A DNA stretch of 61,724 nt, filler included, from Choristocarpus tenellus KU-1152 (GCA_964200185.2; 11 parts of 11 records of this genome joined end to end with filler, not necessarily neighbours in it); one strand, 5' to 3'. Positions 13,772-27,590 are shown, counted from the whole stretch's first letter. The notes: generated by a model not told the origin, from the letters alone. Numbers and translations are program-made.

Positions 13772-14119
13772 GTCCCTCTGTCCCACAAGTCCGTTCTTTT
13801 ATGCATGTACTTCTTCGGGATGACCTCCGATTTCAAAACGGATTTTTGCATTGGATTCCTTGACATTTTTCCATTATAAGACATTTTCTCGCTTTTACTC
13901 AACGCCGCCAATCCACCAATTCAGTCTGCCTTCTTGTGGGCCTATGCTTGGCTGACCTCTGTTCCGTATTTTCAGAACAATTTTTGGATATATATTTTCA
14001 AATATACCTCATCTTCCGTAATTATTTTCGAGGAATCCAACGAAAAATCCGTTTTTTAAATCGGAGGTCATCCGGAAGAGTTACATGCATAAAGGAACAG
14101 ACTTACGGGATGGAGGGAC
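13772..14119. mobile_element. Stowaway-like (Tc1/mariner-type) MITE with ~90-bp TIRs
   Basis: GTCCCTCTGTCCC...GGGATGGAGGGAC|TA; long imperfect inverted repeats; terminus resembles Stowaway CTCCCTCCGTCCC; TA on the right flank, AA on the left. Confidence 0.8.
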
Positions 14120-15357
14120 TATGATCATCTCAATTAGTCTTATTCTTTAGTATATTATTATTAGTACTTTGAACCATGATCCCATTGTAGGTAGTACGAA
14201 TATTATTATTAGGTGTTACGTTGTGACCAGAATGCCACAGTCCACAAGTGGCAGGACCGCAAGGTTGTCTACACTAACGGGATGGTTTGGTTAAGGGTAC
14301 TTCGTACACTGAGAATTAAGTAATGAATTTTGTTCTATCTGAATAGTGTGCAAGGTTTCAGGACCCGTTTATTTTTTATATTCCTCTCTCCTATTTTTTT
14401 TTAGTATTGGAGTGATACACTACTACTGCGTAGAGGTCTAGAGGGACTAGGACAATAGTAAGGGAGGAATGGAGGTAAAAGGTTGAATCCATTCTAGTTT
14501 TCGAGTCGTTTTGGAGTTGTATCATCTGAGAAAGTCGGAGTTAAATAGTTTTGAACTCAACGTTTTTTTCAATACACCTAGTACGATGTCTTCTTCCCCT
14601 CCAGTAATGCTTAATTTACCCTGCGCACAAATATTTCGGGAAGTAGTGCTTACATCCTTGTAGTGAGAGTATATACACGTACGTACGAAAATATATTCTG
14701 GTTTGTTGATATGAGGTATACCTTGTTTGGAAGATGGCTTTCACATCTGCAGGTTGAAAAATATGCAGTTTTCTGTACCGATGAGGAGAATGGACCTTGG
14801 CTCAAAATAGAACAGTATTATTGCTAGTTTGAGGGGTATCATGGGTTCGGGTTGTTGAGAGGTTATTAGTTAAGGAGGGTGAGTCTTGAGGATTCGAACC
14901 CCATCGACGCAATTCTTTTTTTGAGATTCCATGTGAGAAGTATAACGGAGTTGCTATACCTGACGAAGATCAAAGGGGTAATAATGTTGTGATGCAAGTC
15001 ATATAGAAGATTTGATTGAGGAGAGATGATGCTGTGGGAGTGCTGAACCCAACACATCAGAAGGAAGGCAGGAACCAAGCCACTGCAATCAGTCCTAGTC
15101 CAACAATTTGTTGCATTTAGTACCTTGAACGTACGGAAGTAGTACTTAGTGTGAGGAGTAGTTCAGTGTGTAGTGCCTCGGACCTCGGTTCAGGATAGTT
15201 CCCAGACTAAAGTGAAGACAATTGGGGCGGGAAAATGGGCAAGAACTAGTTCGCCCGTCAGACAGGTTTGACTGTTTAGGTCTAGACTGTTCAAATGTTT
15301 TTTCAAAATAAGAGACCCAGACAGATTCCAACAACTGTGTAGTATTTCAGGGCTTCT

Positions 15358-15533
15358 GACTCAAAGTATCTGGGGTGTGTGTGTCGGCTGTCCATTCGGG
15401 GCCCATTTTTCCATGTTGCGATTTTTGGGTGATTTGGTTGCATGCGTCGGGTGGATAATGTAAGTGCACTTCTCCTGGTCAGTACCCAAATGGACGCCTT
15501 GGTGTAGACTCCCCCCACTAGATACTTAGAGCC
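15358..15533 (+). mobile_element. MITE family B, full length
   Basis: TIRs GACTCAAAGTATCT / AGATACTTAGAGCC; TSD eroded. Confidence 0.85.
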
Positions 15534-16413
15534 TTTCATCAGGACTGAAAGGTAGGCAAATGCCAAGGAACTAGTCCGTGCGCCGGACCAAGTTCAGTAT
15601 TTTCTGACATGTCTAGACCAGATCCACAGAGTATTGGAACTTATCCGGTTCACAGATTGGACAGAGGCCCCAATATTTTCTCAGATGTCTGATGTTCCCC
15701 AGGACCGTTAGAGAGTATATCTGGACGACCAACCTGTGGGCTAGCCTACGGCTACGTTAAAACATTGGTGGTGTGCGGAAGACCTCGTTCAATCTTCAAG
15801 CTTAACCCAATGGAATGGTAGGTGGTGGCTGAAGGAATAACTGCAAAAAATAGGATTATTCTCTATTGTGCTCGGGATTTGTTGGGACAAGTTACATTTT
15901 GACCAGGCTGATCCCGTTTAAAAACAAAAAACTATTTTTTTCCATGTTCGCTAATTGTTTCAAAATGACTTGGTCGTGGGCTCGACTGATACCAATATGT
16001 TCTACTAAATATTCCTTTTTTTTGTTACTTTATTCTCCAGAATATCCAACCTATGGTCGTCACAAGGACTACAACCGAATCAGAGAATTCTAATTCTAAC
16101 CGATATAACTGACTGTTGCACTACGACTAGTGTACTGCCTCCATTTGCGCCTTGAATTCCACACATTGGGTTCAGTCAACCCAGTGCTTGTTCCTCCACC
16201 TCCTCCTTCAAATGTTGTGCTGGACTTGCCTTGACGGTTGCCACCTTGATCTTGGTCCTGCGTTTTGATGGGGTGGTATAGCGACGGATAGGATATCTCT
16301 TGGCGTACAATCGGTTACAGTTGACAAGTGGGGTTGAAAAATTGAAGTCAGGATTCTATTAAAGAACTCGACAATTGATAGGGTTATAACCAGTGAAATT
16401 TGTGCAGGCAACA

Positions 16414-16593
16414 GACCCAAAGTATCTGGTCGTGGTGGTGGGGGGGTCTACACGAGGGTGTCCACTTGGCAAGATCAGGAAAAGTGCAATTACATTATCC
16501 AGCTAACATATACAACCAAACCACCCGAAAATCGCGACCTGAAAATATTGACCCCAAAAGGACAGCTGCCACCCCCCTACGATACTTGGGGCC
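16414..16593 (-). mobile_element. MITE family B, full length, TSD AACA
   Basis: GACCCAAAGTATCT...GATACTTGGGGCC flanked by AACA on both sides. Confidence 0.9.
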
Positions 16594-17168
16594 AACAGCC
16601 TCCTCCGTCAACAACTGAGCTGCGAGGACGCTAAGACTGGGGTCGATATATAACCGACAACTGCTGTTTCGACATGAACAAACCACCGACTGGCCCCTGT
16701 CCGTACTAACTGCGAGGACTGATTAAAAACACTGGTTTCTTTGAAGTATTATTCTGATTATAGGTGGTAGTACCACGAGCATGTGTAGTTTTGGACAATT
16801 TCACGACGTCACATAGTATGTCAGCCTGCAACTTCCTACATCCCGCTGGTGGCAAGCTATGTAACAACAATGGTACGTTCTAATCAAGGCCAAGCAAACC
16901 TTCAACCTACGGTAGGTGCTATATACTCCAGTGTACGTACAAATTAGGGTGGATGTTGCAAATTCGAGTGGATATACACTAGGGGAGCTTAGCTCTTAGA
17001 TTATATCCAAGCTATCTGCGAATCATCCTGAGCACTTCAGGGACTTCTGAAGTGTGCTCAGTTGGCATGCACGCTGGTGGTGCTCTTCGTCGTCGCCAGT
17101 AGGCTATATTTGGAAGGCCAGATGTGATACACTAATACTGGTTGGTGCTGCCTGTGTATGTCACGAGA

Positions 17169-17389
17169 GAGCCAAAGAATCTTAGAGGGCTGAGCCACGT
17201 CCATTTGGAGGTCAAAATCCAATGTTGCGATTTTGATGTAATTTCGGTTATTGTGTTTGTTTGGAAGTGTCAATATCCTTGTTCCGGACACACCTATTCA
17301 TAACGTATACAATTTGCCTACTCCGAAATATTTTGGAGTAGGCAAATGTCATAAAAAAACCCGAGGGAAGCCAAGCCACACTTTAACTC
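17169..17389 (+). mobile_element. MITE family A with most of the right TIR deleted, TSD AGA
   Basis: Full left end; retains only the terminal CTTTAACTC. Confidence 0.85.
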
Positions 17390-17966
17390 AGAGTTACTGC
17401 GGGCGGGGAATTACTCTGTATTTTCGAGATCGTGGAAAAGGAAAATATACCTCTCTTTTTTGCATTGATGATCATTGCCGTTTGCCGGTACAGTCTGATT
17501 CAGACGTGAATATTCCAATTGATTTGATACTAACTACACAACACAAACCGATGTCCTTTTTATATATTTTTTGCTCCTAGAAACGAGGCCTTGCTTGCTT
17601 ACGCACTCCCCCCTCCGATGATCAAGTTGAGAAGAAGTGGCGAATGACCCGAAAACAGACAGTGGTGAGTATGGTGGGTGTTGGTTTGTAAAGAGAAAGG
17701 GGGACAGGGGGGTGGAAATGTCATGGACACGTTTCCTAACATTGACGTCAATTTCTTTGAATTGAGAAGCTGGCTGTCACAGACAATTCTTGGGGATGAG
17801 AAGTTTTTCTTCAATTGTAACAAATGCTGGGATGCGGAGAGGTGACTACTACTGCTACCACTAGTGGAGGAATCCAGCAAACTTGTTACTTGGTCACGGG
17901 GGATATATATCGTCTGCAATATGGAGCTATTTCAATACCAATATTTCATCAACATAGTACTATCAA

Positions 17967-18490
17967 GAATCGAAGTAAGTGAAAGGTACCCAGAGTGGCA
18001 TTTTATGGATGGTGACAAATATGCGCAAAATTACGCCATATTAGAAATGGCTAAAGGATGTTTTCCGAATTGTGTTGAAAATTTTGAAGCAATAGAGAAA
18101 TCGGCCTTCTCAAGTCAAAGACTGAAAGTATCTTAGAGGGTACGAGTTTTGCCCTGTTTGTCCATTTGGGGGTTGGCTTCCTGTGTTCATTTTTATGATA
18201 TTTTCCCACTCCAAAGTGTTTCGGAGTAGGTCGAATGTGTACGTTATGAAAAGGTGTGTCCAGAACAAGGATACTGACACTTCCTAACAAATACGACAGT
18301 CAAAATTACATCAAAATCGCAACATTGGATTTTGGCCCCCAAATGGACGCTGCTCTACCCTCTAAGATACTTTGGCTCAAACATAGTACTTCATAAATCG
18401 AGATATGGGTGAATTTGAAAAAGATCGAAAAAGTGGCTTATAATGCAAAACACCCCAAAACTGGTAACCTCTCTTTTGCTTTTTTGGCTC
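17967..18490 (-). mobile_element. MITE family C (~265 bp) with a nested family A copy
   Basis: After removing 18120-18378 the remainder aligns with the reverse complement of 51236-51501; ends ...TTTGGCTC. Confidence 0.75.
18120..18378 (-). mobile_element. MITE family A (reverse orientation), TSD AAA
   Basis: GACTGAAAGTATCTTAGAGGGTAC...TAAGATACTTTGGCTC. Confidence 0.95.
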
Positions 18491-18641
18491 AAATATACGT
18501 TCTTGGGAGTAGGGAGGGATATTGCAGGTCAAATGCTCTGCACACCACCATTGGCTCTAACCCTAACCCTAACATAGGACAAGAGGACCCATCATGGAAC
18601 TGTTTGGTGCAAAAAAGTTGCCATTCATACCAATACGTACA

Positions 18642-18897
18642 GATCCAAAGTATCTTAGAGGGTAGGGCCGCGTCCATTTGGGGCCAAAATTAAATCTTGC
18701 GATTTTGATGTATTTTGGCTATCGTGTTTGTTAGGAAATGTCGATATCCTTGTTCTGGGCACACCTTTGCATAACATACACATTTTACTTACTCTGAAAC
18801 ACTTTGGAATAGGAAATGTCATAATAAATTCCATAGGAAGCCAAGCCCCAAATGGACAAACAGGACAAAACTCGTACCCTCTAAGATACTTTCACTC
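18642..18897 (+). mobile_element. MITE family A, TSD ACA
   Basis: Both TIRs and consensus body present. Confidence 0.95.
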
Positions 18898-19388
18898 ACA
18901 TGCACTCTTCATACCAGTGGATTGACTGGTTGGTGGTGTAATATTCCGTGTTGAGACAATGCACATCTCCCTAAACCCTCTCAGCACATCTCCGGAAGAC
19001 TAAACATGCTCACACAGGTTTTTTTTTTTTTTATCATATCGCAGGTGCAGATAGCACATCGCTAGTAGTAGAACTCTGCCAAGATAATAATCTCAATGCC
19101 CTCGAACTCAAATATCTTTCTACCGAAAAGCAAAGACAAAAGGCGATTCCTTCTCGAGGGTGCATGCCATCAATATATATATATATATGTTTGAATTTGG
19201 ACAGTACAGTTGTAACGTTTGCCGAAAGTGGAGCTGTGTGGAGAGTTGCACCTGTCATCACCTCCCCATCCCTCCTTACTCTGAAGTGAGTAGCTGGCCC
19301 AGGACAATCTGCGTCTTTAGGGCACATACTCTGTGTGTACGCTCTTACATATGTGTACTGCCGACTACACCAGTTACCGAGCCAGTCA

Positions 19389-19708
19389 GACTCAAAGGAT
19401 GATATTGTCGACACTCACTGTCATGCGTTTGAAAGCACGTGTTCCACTAGAAAGTGCGTGCACGAAACGTAAACGGTTTCGTTTTGAGTCAAACCAATTG
19501 AGATGTAGGCAAGGATGCGTTTTAAGAATCCCGAGAAAGGGAAGAAAAAGACATTTTCTGAATTGTGGTGTCAACTTGTGTGTAGAAAAAATATGTATCA
19601 ATTTTGCACACTCGATAATGCACATGGAGAGTGTATTGCATGGAGTAAGAAAGACGGCTTAGAATGCAAAATGGTCCAAATCTGCCCACCTCTCAATTAG
19701 TTTGGCTT
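19389..19708 (+). mobile_element. MITE family D (second, partial copy at 50811-51215)
   Basis: Starts GACTCAAAG; shares AATTGTGGTGTCA..TTGTGTGT, GGCTTAGAA.GC and ACCTC.CAATT..TTTG.CT blocks with 50811-51215. Confidence 0.65.
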
Positions 19709-20443
19709 TCGGAACGCCTGAAGAACCTTTGCATATGTTGGGGGGAGGCGAATTACGAAAAACAATAAAACGAATTGGTGTGGTTGCATTGTATTGGCGG
19801 TCTGATTTTACTTTGACTGCGATTAACTCCAGGAGTGTGCAGCCAAGGAGAGAGGCTTAATGATTTTGTGCTTGCATTGTGGGTGGCATCACAAACAAGA
19901 AACGTCTGAACTCATCAAAACGAACCCAGTGTGTGAGGAAGATGAGCAAATAGCTAAATTCGGAGCTGGGTTTGGAATTGCAATTGGCCTTGCTGTGCCT
20001 CGCTCTTCTCTCTACAGAACCATGGGTAAGAGCAAAGAGAGGTTGTGCACATATTACACTGAACGCCCTTGCCTACATCCATGGGACCAACATATGCATA
20101 GCTCAAGTAGCCTTTGCTCACAGTACAAATGTACAAATTTCCCCCTACTCTCCTGATACCCTGACCTATGCCGCCAACACTGTGTACACCACCCTACTCT
20201 GCACCCTCCCTTAAATACATATTGCGCTGCCTCATTCCACAACTCCACCATGGCACGTTATGCATCTCTCTTGACATGTTTTGCTCTGGTGTTGGACTTT
20301 TTCCCACCCCCTCCCTTCTCCCCGCTTCCATTCCGCCCCCCCCNNNNNNNNNNNNNNNNNNNNNNNNNNNNNNNNNNNNNNNNNNNNTTAATTAATTAAN
20401 NNNNNNNNNNNNNNNNNNNNNNNNNNNNNNNNNNNNNNNNNNN

Positions 20444-20761
20444 AGTTTGTTCCCGAACGCCCTTTCATGATGCGTGTCTACATGGAGTTCAACCAAGCAG
20501 AAGAGAGGCTACTTGCCAACGGTGAGTGATGGAGTGTTGTCGTTGTTCCATGATCGCCTGATGACTCTTCTGATCTACCAAGTTGTTACCGAGTTTCCTT
20601 TGTTTGGTTCATCGTCAGTCAGCCCCTTGTTGATCTTTTCGCTGCTGATCTTTTTTATCCCTCGTGGTCTTTCTGTCGACAGCAACATGTTGCTCGCTAC
20701 TGCCTGCCGCGTGTGTCCCGCGACCGCTTCCCACCTACCCCTTGCCCCGTTCGCCCACTGC
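20444..20761 (+). pseudogene. Fragment of a second copy of the ParB-like gene (exon 3' part plus intron)
   Basis: Aligns along its length with the reverse complement of ~40480-40861; encodes FVPERPFMMRVYMEFNQAEERLLAN|gtgagt. Confidence 0.85.
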
Positions 20762-20929
20762 GATGTGTTAAAGTCCGACAATTTGCCCAAGAAATAGATA
20801 AATGCAGATTGGCGTATCTGACAGGGTGGGGGGGGGGGGGCAGATCGCAACAAACGATATCTCAGGCACGGCTGAGATATTCATACAAAGAGGTCGATCA
20901 TCATATAATGTCAATACTTCTATGCGTTC

Positions 20930-22460
20930 AATGGTAGCTTCTGTCAGAATAGTATCATCATTGTCATCCCAAGAAAGTGGACCCGCACCTTCGACACAAA
21001 TGGAAGCTGGAGGCTAAGGAGACATGGGATATGATACGATCGATAACAAGCAAGAACTGGAGGTCAAGAAGGTACTTTGGATACCTGATAGGCCATGCCG
21101 AATATTGAGCAGTGGGACCCTGGGACAAGATGACAGAGTTAATCGAGGCAATGCAGCTCGAGCTGCAATCCTGAGCCTGAGCCTGAGTCTGAGCCACAAG
21201 AATCTACCTATGGACCTAGAGCAGTGATCACAACACTTGTCCCTGAAGGGGGCACGCCCATCGATTGGAGACCCCAAGATTCTTGCTTACGGAATGAGAA
21301 AAGCAATTGCTGTATCCGCCACTAGGGGAGCAGGACATTAGCAAGAGCAGTAACTAAGCCTCCACCAGAAAGGAAAGGAGGACCTAACCGTGGGGAGCCT
21401 GGGAGCACTCTAACCGCTGGGACCATAAACTCAGGGAAGAGAACACAGAAGGTCAGCGGAAGAGGCGGCCAAGGTACAACTGGTCAACGTACGGACCATA
21501 TTACAACAAGATCCCCTACCAGAGACGAGATCAGGACCAACAGAAGATGTTTAAACTGTGGACTGATCAAGCATATTGGTCCTTGTTCTTTTGAAGGAAT
21601 ATGTACAACTGTGGAGGTAACGAAACCTTCAGATCGTTTGTCGGGCGAGGAGAGTGACACCGTCTTAACAAGCGAAGGAATTAGCTGGACCCAGAAAAGA
21701 AAACCAGAGGAAGCTTGTCAGCAACGGACTGCCTGTACAAGGCTTGTAAGTCCGGAAAGTAAATAAGATCTACTCCAGACCATCAAGAACCATCTTCCAT
21801 ATCAGAGGCACCCTGGTGAGGAAGGTTGTTAGCAAAGGACTTCACTCAACAAGAGGATGTACAAGACATTCAGTTATGATAGGCTTCAAGCCTGGGGGAT
21901 ATGATTCCCAGCGAAACCTGTGGAATAAAAGAACAGTGTGATACATGAAAAACAGATTGGCGATGTGAGTGTACGAATGACGAGGAAGAACTACCTAGGC
22001 AACGTCTATACCATGGCAGTCAAAAATCACTCGTTTACGACTATAGGTGGATGATGTGGCGGTCAGAGACCACTCATTGTAGAACAATGAAGGATGATGG
22101 TTACCTCGGAGCCACAGATGCCATTGTACCCATGGAGACAACGAGGCTAAGACGAAAACCCCGCGGATGCTGCATGAAGATCACAAACCCAAGTGGAACA
22201 AGAAAATAATCCAGGCAGGCGTAGGAAGCTACAAAGAATCCTATGTGTTGAGGTGAACAATGAGTATTCCCTCCAGTTTGAAGAGAGGCGGTAGGACCTC
22301 TATGTTACAGGCGCCCCTCAGAACTCACCTCCACAGGGTGTACAACTCAAATCCAATTAACAGATTAATGCACGTCAGCTCAGCAGAACACTCTCAGGTG
22401 AATCAAGTAGCTCAAGGAAAGTAAGTGTATCGATAACAGCTAAGAGAGAAAGAAACTGAA
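20930..22460 (+). mobile_element. Highly degraded LTR-retrotransposon gag-like remnant
   Basis: Zinc-knuckle-like RRCLNCGLIKHIGPC at ~21542; purine-rich coding-like composition with many stops. Confidence 0.4.
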
Positions 22461-24429
22461 TAGGTGGGTCCTCTAGGTCAGAAGAACTGAGCTGTTTGGA
22501 GCCGTTACTAGGATCTCTTATCATCATTTATCGTTGGGATCTTTGGTTTACAGACATTGGAATATATGTGAGACCCTTTGCGACTTTCCGGAGCTACAGA
22601 TTTTATTCTGCAACTTTTTGGCAAATCAGAGTTCCCCTTTTTGGGGTTCCCCACCGCGCGTACACTGCTCGCGTCAGTTAAAGCACGGGAAGAAATCCTC
22701 ACTCTATTCGCCCGTAACACTTGCGCTGTTCAACTGTAACAGAACCTACCTGCATACATCCTTCGATGACTGTGATGTCAACAGAATTCGGTGTCCTTGG
22801 TGAGACCAGTTTGTTGCATTTTACTACCATTTTTTGGTTGGGCAGGTCAGGCTGCTGTGATGTGCACTGAGGAGATAGTGAGATGTTTACTTGCTGCTGC
22901 TAAAACTTCCTGTCGATTGGGTGCAGCTCTGTATATCATGGTGTAAAATAAGTATTATAATCATCCTTCACTGCTGTGTGCGGCACTTGAGCCGCGAAGT
23001 GTTTCATTTTTGAGAACTGAAAAATATGGAGTGCCTGTTAGGCAGAGCACATATTGATACATATCTGATAAGAGTACAACATAGTACTGTAGACCTCCAG
23101 GGTAGTGCTGCAGCAGTATCATACCACAGAAATATGGTCAACCATTTTCTTTAGGTTGATCGGTCAATACAAGGGTGTGCAACATTGTATGTGCTGTGTT
23201 TGAGTAGGTTCAGAGGGGTCAAAGTATATTTCTTCGTGGAATATGCAGAATTTATGCAGTTAGCCATACACTGCAACTACGCAAGAAACCGTTTGCATTT
23301 GATGAGGAACTACTTATACTCAAGGGGTAAAGATCGTGTCACACTGCTCTGTTGCAACTTTTGAGTTGTCTGAAATGGGGAATTTTCGGGATTAGCTCCC
23401 GTATCTCGACTGTAAACACTCCCTACAAATTTCTTCACTAAAAAATGCTGTACACAAGTCACGTGTTTGTACCGTGAGATCACTTGGATCATGCCAACGG
23501 CTACATCAACAGCTGTGAGTGCACCACCACTGCATACAGTGGCAATGTCCATGGCAAGTCACCACCCACTTATTGCCGATGTTGCATCTCAAGTCACTTG
23601 TTTGCCATCATACCTGCCAAGTGTCACCTCCTCCAGTGATCTTGAAGTATCCTAATCTATTTACTGCGAGTATCAAGCGAGGAAACCAGACTATTGAGAG
23701 TTCTCTTGAGCTGTTGAAACCTTCAGCGTGTCAAGGTCCAGGGCCTGAGAATACTGAGAGCACTATATTTCTGTGGTAGATGTACGTACAGCATATAGTT
23801 TGATGCGTGTACTAAATGATAATATAGCACAAAAGTTCAATCCCAATATGCGAGATGAAGTGGAGTATAGCAGATACTTCCAATGTCCCGTCTATCCTAA
23901 TGACCTAGAGTCGAGAAGGTCAAAATAATAGAGTCCTACACTAACCCATCTGCCCACCAGGTAAAATGCTCAGTTGGACAAATTTGGAATAGCATATGGT
24001 ATGAGATTTTATATGCCACTATCGAATAATCTATTACAAGCATCATACTTTCAACAATGACCTACCATGAAATCCTTTAGCCTAGACAAACACTATGCCC
24101 CAGTCCTAACAGTGTAATATTCCGTCTCCCGAAACAACGATCAATTCTCTTTTTTATCTCTTTCCTGCAATTTTTATTGTACATGTAAGTATATTGGGGG
24201 ACCAATCGAATTAGAGATGATATGTGGAGAGCTAACGGATACTGGCATGAATTGTACTTTAATAAAAATAATAGTTTATAACAACGAAACCACATTAGTC
24301 ACAAATAAGAATTAATCCATAAAATACAGATACACAGGCACACAATAGTACATACACACATTTGTTGACGCATATACACACTGCCAGCAGCGGCACTCAA
24401 CAACAGCGTTGGTGAGGACGTCGATTTTT

Positions 24430-25871
24430 TCACAAAAGCTGACCAATGTACTCAGCATGGGGGTAAGCCCCAAGGAGCTCTGGCCAGTGCACTACAAAAC
24501 GGTCAGCAAGGCGGTACATAATTTTCCCTGTCAAGCTCAGCGATCTTACTCGGCAGAAGCTCTCGCAGAACACGATTCGCCCCCTCTGATCCCCGAAAAC
24601 ACGAAGAATGAAGGCTACCAGGCATATTGGGACGCAGGTACCTGCAATTGGACAAAGGAAGTGGGGCCATGCGAGCAAGGGTGTTCAGGGGGTGAGGGGG
24701 TATAAGTAGGAAGCAAAGTGACTCAACGGCAAGCAATGGTGTCAATCAGTATCAGTGGTGGCAGTGGAGGTATAGGTTGGGGGGAAGCAGGGGTTGGGCC
24801 AGCATTTCCTGGGTTAAGACAATACTCGTGGCATTTGCAAGGCCGACCACTACTAACATCCACGCAGAAACGATATAGTGTATGAATGGTACTCATAAGG
24901 ACACTTAAAAGAAATGACAATCACCCGTTGCTATCAAATTAGGCACTCTGCATATAGGATTATAGGCATAGTCTCACAAGTGGGGAATAAAAAATACAAC
25001 ATACTGGTAGGGCTCTTGGGTTCGACCTGTCTACTCCAGAGTACTGGAAGAATCATCGCAAGAAATCTTCATGCAGCCCAGGGATTAGGCAGCAATTCGC
25101 AAACAATAGGCACCTAGCCCTTTTTGTCCCTGGGAGATCAAAAGTTGACTTCTACTTTCTTACCTGGACCGTTGACTAGAACCAAATCTGGTCGGACCTT
25201 CACCACTAGGAGTGCCGAGTGTAAGGCGGCCCACAGTGTTGTCAAGAACGAAGAGAGCCAAGGTTGACCCACCTGCAAATGGGAACACTTTCATATCAGA
25301 ATGGAGCGACCACACTCACTGTTAGGAACGAGGGCCCGGACAATGGTAACCACTCGAGAAGTGATAGGTCATCCCCAAAACATTCCTGTAGCATTACCTC
25401 GCGGCTGCGTGGAATTGTAACAACCTTGCACCGGTTCGAAGTAAGATGATTAGAAGGGATTCGATCCGCACTGGTGTGATCCGTTCGGGCCACCACATAA
25501 TGTACTGGTGCGTACACCGAGGGAGACAGGTGGGCAGTGAGTTTGAGCATCTCCGAAGTGTGCCCTCCTGAAACAAAAAACGGTGAGAGGGGTCAGCCTA
25601 GGTGGGAGCTGCGCAGCAGTTCGATAATAAAATAGTCAATTTTAAGACCATAATGTCAAGGTGCATCATATTGCAAGGTAGGTGCCCTCTCCAAGGTACC
25701 TGAACCTAGTACGATCATAGTGCTAATGGTCTCCCTATCCTCATCTCGTCCAGCTAATATCGGGTCCCATGATCCTCTTCTTCGGCGACGGTAAGGAAGC
25801 ACAAACCACACTCGAAGTAAGAGCAAGGTAATGGCAGATGCTACCAGAAGGATCCATTCCTGTGCCACCAT
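24430..25871 (-). CDS. ALG14: UDP-N-acetylglucosamine transferase subunit ALG14, complete (exons 25871-25700, 25567-25398, 25272-25164, 24641-24430)
   Basis: N-terminal TM segment; IVLGSGGHTSEM, IPRSREVGQ, RPDLVLVNGPGTCVP, ESFCRVRSLSLTGK, FVVHWPEL; all GT-AG introns in phase. Confidence 0.96.
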
Positions 25872-26169
25872 ATCTCTCTAGGTTCCTGTTGGTGACATCT
25901 CAAGGAAAACTACAATACAACAACGTTCCTTGAATTGCCGTTACCGGTTACATTAGCTCCCATACCATGTCATTTTTCATGTAACTAGTAGTATTAGTCC
26001 TGTCTTGGTTGTATTCTTACCCCTATCTTGCCCTCCTGATGCTCACTATCCCCTACATCGTATAAGCATACGTCGAACGCCTTGTATCTTATGTATTGAT
26101 TGAGTGCTGTATCTGAGACTCCGCAATTGAAGCTGAAGTCTTACCTCATCGTTGGATTAGAGGTATCGC
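25872..26169. promoter_or_regulatory. Probable bidirectional promoter between ALG14 and CysRS
   Basis: Head-to-head start codons about 300 bp apart. Confidence 0.55.
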
Positions 26170-27590
26170 ATGATGAGGCAGTCTGGGGCGCTGATGGTCC
26201 TCGTTGCAGCTGGGGTGAGCTGGGGTGAGGTTGCAACCTGTCCGATAGGGATCATGGAAGTAATATTTATGTAGTATTGGTGGGTGCAAGAGTCCAGTGA
26301 AAGGTAGATGCTGACTCCCACCGGCTTAACCCCCCTACAGGCTTCCACGGATAGGGTTAGTGCGTTCGCTGGACTAGGACCATCAATCACTCCAGCTGGT
26401 GGACTCGTGGATGTGTGCCGAGGGCTGAGCTCATGCTACCTCCCTTACTTGTCGAGCCGTCGCAGGGGCCAGGTATGGGCTACTCGTATGGACTCGAGCA
26501 TACCTGAAGGAGGAGTGCTAAAACTATTTAATACGGAGGGGCGATCCAAGCAACCGCTGAAGCTCCAGACTAAGAGGTGTGCTGTCCCCATCTTTTTGGG
26601 TTGAGACCAACTAGTTGAACCTCACGGTACAATATGCTCTTTCCTGTTAAAGGAGGCACATATTGCCCTCGGCGGTAGCTTTCCAGACGACTTTCATCAG
26701 GCAAGTGACTAAATTCCCCAAGTTGTTCCTGCTCTCATTTCATTACTGTATGTTCCTTGTTGTCCAACGGACCAGGTCAGTGAAGTTCTATAGCTGTGGA
26801 CCCACAGTTTATGATGCGGCCCACATCGGCAACTTTCGGGCATTCCTCACTTACGATGTGCTGAAGCGATGGCTCCTCTACAAAGGGTGAGTCCATAGCC
26901 TCCCGAGACCACAGCTTCAATGGCACCGGCATGGCGTGGTACACAGGGCTCAGTATAACAGCCCCTGCATGTCTAACGAATGAGTGTGCTCTGCTTTTGA
27001 GCCTTCCCGCCCCCACGCCAATAAATACATGTACACCACAGAGGTGAATGCAGACTTTGCTGGATACCGCGCAACATCGAAAATGCACAGCAGTATTGAT
27101 CAATTCTGTAACAAACCATGATAGATAGCTCCATAACCCAGGGCTTCAGGTTGCCTGACGGACCCTGTGAGCAATACACTCAGCGTGCATGACTAGACCC
27201 CTGTGAAAAAGTCTTACGCAGAATTCAGTTGCCGTATCAACGTCCCACCTCAGGTAGTATATTCCACCTGCTCAAAATCGTAGAACATTTAATCCTGACC
27301 CTTATCCGATCCTTTTTGCGGAATGACTTTTCTTGCAATGGGGTCGATGTGTTGTGAATCGGGTTTAACATCCCCCCCTACTAAGCTTTGAGGTGGACCA
27401 TATATGCAACCTCACAGACGTGGACGACAAGATTATCCAGAGGATGAAACGGGATGGGGTGGGCCTGCGGGATCTAACGGAAAAGTATGCGTCCTTGTTC
27501 TTTGACGATCTCACCTCCCTCAACATCATTCCCGCTTCCAAGTACCCCCGCGCAACTGAGCACATTGATGACATTGTGAACATGATTCAG
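26170..27590 (+). CDS. cysS: Cysteinyl-tRNA synthetase, organellar (plastid-targeted), 5' part (exons 26170-26214, 26341-26576, 26776-26886, 27386-27590)
   Basis: [17 protein letters not shown] (HIGH motif), [17 protein letters not shown]; hydrophobic leader followed by VSAFAG. Confidence 0.95.

Noticed and set aside
19860-20300. Short coding-like ORFs near the end of contig 3
   Set aside because: No supportable homology or splice model
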